IMG/VR virus record: IMGVR_UViG_3300047564_005910
Location: 48,317 to 112,316 of that record
DNA: 64,000 bases
Origin: a virus
Direction: 5' to 3' (one strand)
The notes below the pieces were generated by a model that did no database searches, was not told where the DNA came from, and saw nothing but the letters and a program-made list of their open reading frames with translations. Numbering within the stretch: position 1 is the stretch's first letter; every line of letters begins with the position of its first letter. A program made the translations under genes and the position numbers. This document shows positions 58,918-64,000 of the stretch, piece by piece.

Positions 58918-59110
58918 AATTATTAATGCCAAATTTGAAAAGGTGATGCCTAAAAATGATAAGGGCGGATTTTGGGGCGGCTTATGGCAGTTTTTATCTC
59001 TTGTATCTATACTTATCTTTTGCGCTTTTTACGTTCTTTTTTTAAACCCACTTGGATGGCTGAGCATTGTAATAATGTCATTAGTCTATAAATTTATTAT
59101 CGGGAGTTAA
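58901..59110 (+). CDS. Small membrane protein (two hydrophobic segments)
   Basis: GLWQFLSLVSILIFCAFYVLFL and LGWLSIVIMSLVYKFII. Confidence 0.6.
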   Translation: MKDQLEIINAKFEKVMPKNDKGGFWGGLWQFLSLVSILIFCAFYVLFLNPLGWLSIVIMSLVYKFIIGS

Positions 59111-59113
59111 TTT

Positions 59114-59872
59114 ATGATAGATAACAATAAAGAAACATTGTTCCTTTCTGACGATTTAGTATTTTATACTATTGAAGGTGAAGGAGAGTTCATTGGGCAG
59201 CCGTCGGTGTTTATGCGATTAGCTATGTGTAATTTGACATGTATTGGTTTTGCGTCGCCTGATTCACCTAACGGTTGTGATTCATTTGTGTCGTGGTCTG
59301 TAAAAAATAAAAAGACATTTACTGAGATCTTTCAAATGATGGAAAATAACAATTACGTAGAACACCTTCGTAATAGAGCAATATTAAAATTAACCGGTGG
59401 GGAGCCCCTTATTCAAGAAAAGCAGCTTCTTAAATTTATTGAAGCCTTTATTGAGAGATATAATTTTACCCCTCGTATTGATTTTGAAACTAACGCAACA
59501 CTGATACCTTCTGAACGGTGGCGCTCAATTTTTAATGCAACGTTTACTACATCCCCTAAGCTGTCCACTAACGGGGACCCAGAAGAGAAGTCTTATAAAC
59601 CGGAAGTACTCCGCTGGCATGTCGAGCATGGTTCGGGGTTTAAGTTTGTTATTACTTCTGATAGAGATATAGAGGAGATTTGGAAAAAGTACGTTGATGA
59701 CGACCAAGGTATAAATGTGCCGTTATTTCGTATATGGTTTATGCCATGTTGCGGCTCACGTAAAGAGCATATTGAAAATGCAGCAGCTGTTGCTGAATAT
59801 GCTAAGTCAATGCACGTGAATTTTTCTCCAAGATTACAGCTAGTAATTTGGGATAAAGCGCTTAAAGTATAA
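59114..59872 (+). CDS. queE: 7-carboxy-7-deazaguanine synthase (radical SAM)
   Basis: FYTIEGEG..G.P.VF.RL, CNLTC-X11-CD, LTGGEP, ETN, SPK and PRLQ. Confidence 0.92.
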   Translation: MIDNNKETLFLSDDLVFYTIEGEGEFIGQPSVFMRLAMCNLTCIGFASPDSPNGCDSFVSWSVKNKKTFTEIFQMMENNNYVEHLRNRAILKLTGGEPLIQEKQLLKFIEAFIERYNFTPRIDFETNATLIPSERWRSIFNATFTTSPKLSTNGDPEEKSYKPEVLRWHVEHGSGFKFVITSDRDIEEIWKKYVDDDQGINVPLFRIWFMPCCGSRKEHIENAAAVAEYAKSMHVNFSPRLQLVIWDKALKV

Positions 59873-59874
59873 TA

Positions 59875-60504
59875 ATGAAAATTGCTTTTATTGGTACACA
59901 TTGTAACGGAAAAACTTCTCTTATAGAAGAATTTTTGCAAAAATGGCCTATGTACAAGCGGCCTGAAAAAACATATAGAGAACTTCTTAAAGAGAAAAAA
60001 GTAACAAATAATAAAGAAGGAACTGAAGAAAGTCAAAAAGCTATTTTAAACGCTCTCATCGATGAAATACAAGAAGCTGTTGCGACCGGGGATAAAGACA
60101 TTGTTTTCGATCGCTGTGTAATCGATAATATCGTTTACTCTCTTTGGTTAAACGAAAATAATAAAGTTAGTGATCAATTTATAATGGATTCAAAATTCTT
60201 AGCATTGCAAAGTTTAAAAATGTTAGATATTATATTTTATTTGCCGTTAAGAGAAGAAATTAAAATTACTGAAAAAGAAACTAGAGAAACTGATCCATCT
60301 TATCGAAAAGAGATTGATAATATTTTTAATGCTTTAGTACAGACATATGAAAAAAATACCGGTGCTTTCTTCCCTCTAGAAGATTGTCCTGCAGTCATAA
60401 GACTTGAAGGTCCTCCTGATTTAAGATGTCAACAAATACAGCTTTATCTAAAAGAAACAGGTCAAGTATATAGCGAAACCGACGGATCCTTACTTTATGT
60501 ATAA
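59875..60504 (+). CDS. Second P-loop nucleotide kinase-like protein (AAA_28-type)
   Basis: IAFIGTHCNGKTS and FDRCVIDNIVY; similar architecture to 35240-35788. Confidence 0.75.
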   Translation: MKIAFIGTHCNGKTSLIEEFLQKWPMYKRPEKTYRELLKEKKVTNNKEGTEESQKAILNALIDEIQEAVATGDKDIVFDRCVIDNIVYSLWLNENNKVSDQFIMDSKFLALQSLKMLDIIFYLPLREEIKITEKETRETDPSYRKEIDNIFNALVQTYEKNTGAFFPLEDCPAVIRLEGPPDLRCQQIQLYLKETGQVYSETDGSLLYV

Positions 60505-60524
60505 AAAGCATTAAATATTATAGA

Positions 60525-61958
60525 ATGTTTAATTTTAATGCCATTGTTGATACAATTATACTTGAAGCGCAAGCAAATACAAAACTCGGACAAGTTATCT
60601 CCAATCCACCTTTTTTAGGGTTATTCGATGTTTATAAAGCTACCTTTGGTATTGATTTGGCAAATGATCCAAATTTAGAAACAGCATTAAACCTTGTTTT
60701 AACTAGTGGTCAGCGTATTGCAAGTAGAGATGTACTTGCACCGGCAATACCTATAATGGATGCTTTTGAAGGAGTACACACGTACCTTGTCGGTCAAAAT
60801 AGTTATAACCTTAAAACAAAAACTGATTTAGATAGTTTTTTAGAAGAAATACAAACTGCTAAAAACAATAGTACAGATTGGTCAAAAATCGAAAGCATTG
60901 TTAATACCGCTATAACAAATATTAAAAACGTACAAACTTCAGACCCGTTAGATTACAGGCCATCGTCCCCGAAAACCGCAGCTGCACATAGAACACTAAC
61001 ATCTGAATTTGACAAACTCTCTCAAACGGCCGTTGAGCAGTTAGGAAGAGACACGATACAAAACGCTATACAAAAAATAATTACAAAACGTGTTTCAGTA
61101 TCGAATAGAATATTAGCTGGTAAAGGTATTCGTAAACCGTTTCAATCAACATTATTAATACCGTTATTTGACTATTATAAAAATTATACAACAGGCGGCG
61201 GTATAATTTATGACAAAATACCGGGAGATTTTAAAGACGCTGTAGATCAATTATCTATAGACAAAATTATAAATGTAGCAATTTTGTCAGGAGAGTATTA
61301 TCTTTCCCTTCTTAGAAAGCAAATGGCTGCAGCTGGTCAACAGCAACAAGTACAGCAAAACAAACAGCAGCAAAATAAAAATATACGTGCAAATGTTGGT
61401 AGAAGTCAGGCAGGTAACCAGTCGAGTGGTTTCAAGGCCTGGGCTCAAAGCCCGCAAGGGCAGGGTCCTACTGTTGCTGCAGCTCCTGCCGGAGCTCCTC
61501 CTTCACCTGTAAATGCTAGCTTATTAACGTTTGATGACTACGCTAGAGAGCTTTTAGGGGAAGCAAACCCACAAAGAGGTCTTACGAAAGATGTTTATGA
61601 CGGTACAGCTCGAGCAATTGGTACCGCCCGCTTATCAGACTTTGTTTTGTTTATTAAAGAAGGTAAATCATTATGGCTACCCGAAACTCAACAACAGCAA
61701 GGTCAACAACAAACTCAACAGCAACAAGGGCAGCAACAAACACAACAACGCCAATCTGGCCCTGTAATTTATAATTTAGAAACTATCAGTAAGGACACAT
61801 CAAAAGAAGCTCAAGCCCTCTATACAGCTCTTAGAAGTATGGCTTATTACACCAGGGAGACATCTGGTTTTGGTTACCGATCTCAACAACTAGGTAAAGC
61901 TATGGGATCATTAGCACAAGTGGGCGGTGCCAAACTTTATGGAGGCCCAGGAACATAA
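60525..61958 (+). CDS. Gln-rich hypothetical late protein, possibly head-internal
   Basis: TAAATA at 60512-60517; N-terminus MFNFNAIVDTIILE; poly-Q tracts. Confidence 0.65.
   Translation: MFNFNAIVDTIILEAQANTKLGQVISNPPFLGLFDVYKATFGIDLANDPNLETALNLVLTSGQRIASRDVLAPAIPIMDAFEGVHTYLVGQNSYNLKTKTDLDSFLEEIQTAKNNSTDWSKIESIVNTAITNIKNVQTSDPLDYRPSSPKTAAAHRTLTSEFDKLSQTAVEQLGRDTIQNAIQKIITKRVSVSNRILAGKGIRKPFQSTLLIPLFDYYKNYTTGGGIIYDKIPGDFKDAVDQLSIDKIINVAILSGEYYLSLLRKQMAAAGQQQQVQQNKQQQNKNIRANVGRSQAGNQSSGFKAWAQSPQGQGPTVAAAPAGAPPSPVNASLLTFDDYARELLGEANPQRGLTKDVYDGTARAIGTARLSDFVLFIKEGKSLWLPETQQQQGQQQTQQQQGQQQTQQRQSGPVIYNLETISKDTSKEAQALYTALRSMAYYTRETSGFGYRSQQLGKAMGSLAQVGGAKLYGGPGT
61684..61750 (+). repeat. Tandem TQQQQGQQQ coding repeat
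   Basis: Two near-identical 27-nt units encoding TQQQQGQQQ. Confidence 0.7.
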
Positions 61959-61973
61959 ATAATAAATAAATAT

Positions 61974-62216
61974 ATGAAATCTCAATTTGATACTCTTATA
62001 GAAGGCTTTCTGCCATCAACCATTCGGGTTGTAACAAGAACTCGTTACCCTAAACAAATTCAGTTTTCTGAAGAGTTTATGACAGCAGTTAAAAAAGAGT
62101 ATGCAAGACTTCAAACTGTTACAGAGAGCGGGGAGGAAGGTCAAGCCCCGGTACCGATTAAAAACTATAAAGAAAAGTTTTTAAAAGCGCTTAACTTCTG
62201 TGTGCACACGTTTTAA
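61974..62216 (+). CDS. Small hypothetical late protein
   Basis: Three TAAATA copies at 61956-61972; N-terminus MKSQFDTLIE. Confidence 0.6.
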   Translation: MKSQFDTLIEGFLPSTIRVVTRTRYPKQIQFSEEFMTAVKKEYARLQTVTESGEEGQAPVPIKNYKEKFLKALNFCVHTF

Positions 62217-62217
62217 T

Positions 62218-63222
62218 TTATTTTAAGGCTTTGCGGGTTATAGCCTCTAGACCCTTGTAGCTATTTTGTACAAATAATCTCCACGGTACTTCGTCTAACT
62301 GCAGTTTTGTACACATTTCGTTAATATCTTTAAATTTACTAAATTCCTTAGGCCAAATAAAGACTCTTTTCTTTTCATTAATTGTTCTTTTAATACGTTT
62401 ATCCATTTGTTTGTTATCTTTATCGTTATCGTAAACGTATATTACTTCTTTATCGAAATGCTTTTTAAGGAATATCTCCTGTCTTTCAGTTAAAGATGTA
62501 CCTGCCATAGCTACACCGTTCTGTACAAACATTGAGTCTATCGGGCCTTCAAATAAAAATATATAGGGTATATCAGCCTTTATATTATTTTCACCGTACA
62601 ATGTCTTTTCCCCAAATTTAGTAAGATATTTTGGCTGTTGATCTTTATAAAGAGACCTACTCTGATAACATTCAATTTTATTGTCAGTGGAATAAAACGG
62701 TATTATTAGACGGTTTTTATGTACCTTATCTTGCAAAGATATATAAAATGTTTTAGGTTTATTAATAGCTGTAAACAAGCGTCTTTCCTTGCACACGTTT
62801 AAAGCATCTTCAATTACATTATATGAACTCGTGTTAGCATAATATTGACATTGTCTACTATCAAGTAAATCAATACTATCTTCAGGTATTGGTGGTATAT
62901 CTTTTTGTAAGAGCTTTTCTGAAGAAACAGTATTTGTAACAACTACTCCTTCGTAATTAGAAGCTTCCTGTAGGATGGCATATATTGTCTTTTTTGTTAC
63001 CTCTTGTAACCAGTTTATTTCTTTCCAAGACTTTGAACAATTAAAGCAGTAAAAATATCTTTCTTGAGGAAAATAAAATAATCTTTTCTTTTTACCTGCA
63101 GAGTCTCCTTCATTACAAATACAGCATTCTGCGTTGTAGTTACCTTGAAACTTTTTATAGGCAGGCCTTTTACAATACGAGTACAATTGCTGTATTACGT
63201 AACTTTGCGGTAAACCTTCCAC
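62218..63222 (-). CDS. gp61: DNA primase
   Basis: CCIC..GDS...CFNC zinc domain, RLIIPF, YQSR, PKY, FEGPIDS, YDND and KDINE (TOPRIM). Confidence 0.93.
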   Translation of the reverse strand: MEGLPQSYVIQQLYSYCKRPAYKKFQGNYNAECCICNEGDSAGKKKRLFYFPQERYFYCFNCSKSWKEINWLQEVTKKTIYAILQEASNYEGVVVTNTVSSEKLLQKDIPPIPEDSIDLLDSRQCQYYANTSSYNVIEDALNVCKERRLFTAINKPKTFYISLQDKVHKNRLIIPFYSTDNKIECYQSRSLYKDQQPKYLTKFGEKTLYGENNIKADIPYIFLFEGPIDSMFVQNGVAMAGTSLTERQEIFLKKHFDKEVIYVYDNDKDNKQMDKRIKRTINEKKRVFIWPKEFSKFKDINEMCTKLQLDEVPWRLFVQNSYKGLEAITRKALK

Positions 63223-63260
63223 AAAGATATTATACCTGAAATATTATTTTTTACAACAGA

Positions 63261-63707
63261 TTACTGTCCGGTAGCCGCTAAATCTCTTTGCTTTTTAGCA
63301 GAAGTAATAATATATCCCTTTAGTATCTCTACTAAACCAGCTGTAATTTCTGCAATACGAGTAATTTCTGCCGCGGTGTCTTGTGCGATACCAGCAAATA
63401 AACTCTCCGGTCTGTCTAAATCATTAACAAGTTTTAATAGAGATTCGGATTCCATACCATTTAAACTATCGCTAAACTCTTCGAGTTTTACAATTTGTGC
63501 CTTTAAAGCTCCTGCATCTCCACCTGCTACAGGAGCTGCTGTAACAGGGGCTGGCTCGACATCATAATTGTCTGGCTCAGGTACTTCGGTAACATCGTTT
63601 GTTACTTCTCCTGTGGCATCAACTGGCTCTTCTGATGGCTCTAAAGGTAGTTCTAGTTCTTCTTTTTCGTTTAAGAAAACAGCTTGATATAGGGAATCAA
63701 ATTTCAT
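63261..63707 (-). CDS. Acidic hypothetical late protein (prohead core/internal-protein-like)
   Basis: MKFDSLYQAVFLNE N-terminus, Glu-rich; TAAATA at 63726-63721. Confidence 0.6.
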   Translation of the reverse strand: MKFDSLYQAVFLNEKEELELPLEPSEEPVDATGEVTNDVTEVPEPDNYDVEPAPVTAAPVAGGDAGALKAQIVKLEEFSDSLNGMESESLLKLVNDLDRPESLFAGIAQDTAAEITRIAEITAGLVEILKGYIITSAKKQRDLAATGQ

Positions 63708-63734
63708 AATTAGTATTAATTATTTATTGTACTT

Positions 63735-64000
63735 ATGCTAGAATTTCTATTAATATCGAGTTTTATTATAACAATTCTCATTGTTTGGTTTCAAACAAAC
63801 GCGGTTGCAGAGTATTTAAATGTTTTAGGCTTTAGTTCCCTAATTGAGGGATTCAATAAAGATGAAGAAGCTTCAACTTTAACCGATTACATCATAAAAA
63901 ATAAAGAAAATATTGCTAATAAAAATAAGGTTATTTTATTTTTGTTAAAATTAACAACGTGTGCGTTTTGTTTTAATTTTTGGCTATGTATTTTTGGTGC
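63735..64000 (+). CDS. Membrane protein with CxxC..FW motif, truncated by the window end
   Basis: MLEFLLISSFIITILIVWFQTN...LLKLTTCAFCFNFWLCIFG; frame open to the window edge. Confidence 0.55.
   Translation, partial: MLEFLLISSFIITILIVWFQTNAVAEYLNVLGFSSLIEGFNKDEEASTLTDYIIKNKENIANKNKVILFLLKLTTCAFCFNFWLCIFG

Noticed and set aside
58901-59110. Holin call for the small membrane protein
   Set aside because: No endolysin nearby, and it lies in an early-type que operon; topology alone is insufficient.
5378-63567. Short ORFs in the track that lie antisense or out of frame inside long genes (e.g. 5378-5614, 7917-8147, 16545-16949, 27544-27840, 59593-60036, 63376-63567)
   Set aside because: They are fully nested in well-supported genes, with no motifs or promoters; they are shadow ORFs.
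1-64000. tRNA genes, CRISPR arrays, introns/inteins, stop-codon reassignment
   Set aside because: Intergenic gaps are nearly all under 80 nt with no cloverleaf or repeat-spacer pattern. Polymerase, terminase, helicase and RNR are of normal length. Genes are intact in the standard code, using TAA, TAG and TGA stops.

Overview
This AT-rich 64 kb window comes from a large T4-like myovirus (jumbo-phage style). I found no rRNA, tRNA, CRISPR array or integrase. The left part holds baseplate, tail and packaging genes: a PKD/beta-propeller protein cut off at the window edge, gp6, gp25, hub, gp53, gp48, tape measure, gp26-like pair, gp54, gp19, gp18, gp3, gp17 and a displaced gp16. These are interleaved with nrdJ, dut and the clamp loader. 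The rest is a T4-type replication, recombination and late-transcription set (gp45, gp32, gp41, uvsX, gp43, gp46/47, gp55, uvsW, uvsY, primase). The most notable biology: (1) A dispersed 7-deazaguanine DNA-modification pathway: folE, queD, queE, a true NADPH-type queF, a DpdA3-like transglycosylase, a formyltransferase and two P-loop kinases. Its core sits directly behind the DNA polymerase and predicts formylated preQ1 made at the nucleotide level. queC is not in the window. (2) A nine-gene glycosyltransferase/epimerase island splitting gp47 from gp46, plus a GT-B gene next to the polymerase and a FkbM methyltransferase. (3) An unannotated gene at 53916-54346 whose second half is reachable only by a -1 shift at an A10/A-AAA-AAG site. 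(4) About eight late genes sharing a T4 capsid-targeting-like N-terminus, including a ligase-like plus HxGH nucleotidyltransferase pair. (5) Apparently leaderless replication transcripts, with a -10 box 6 nt before the start codon. (6) A perfect 24-bp palindrome holding a late promoter just upstream of the tape-measure gene. All product calls rest on motif recognition and synteny; no database searches were run.
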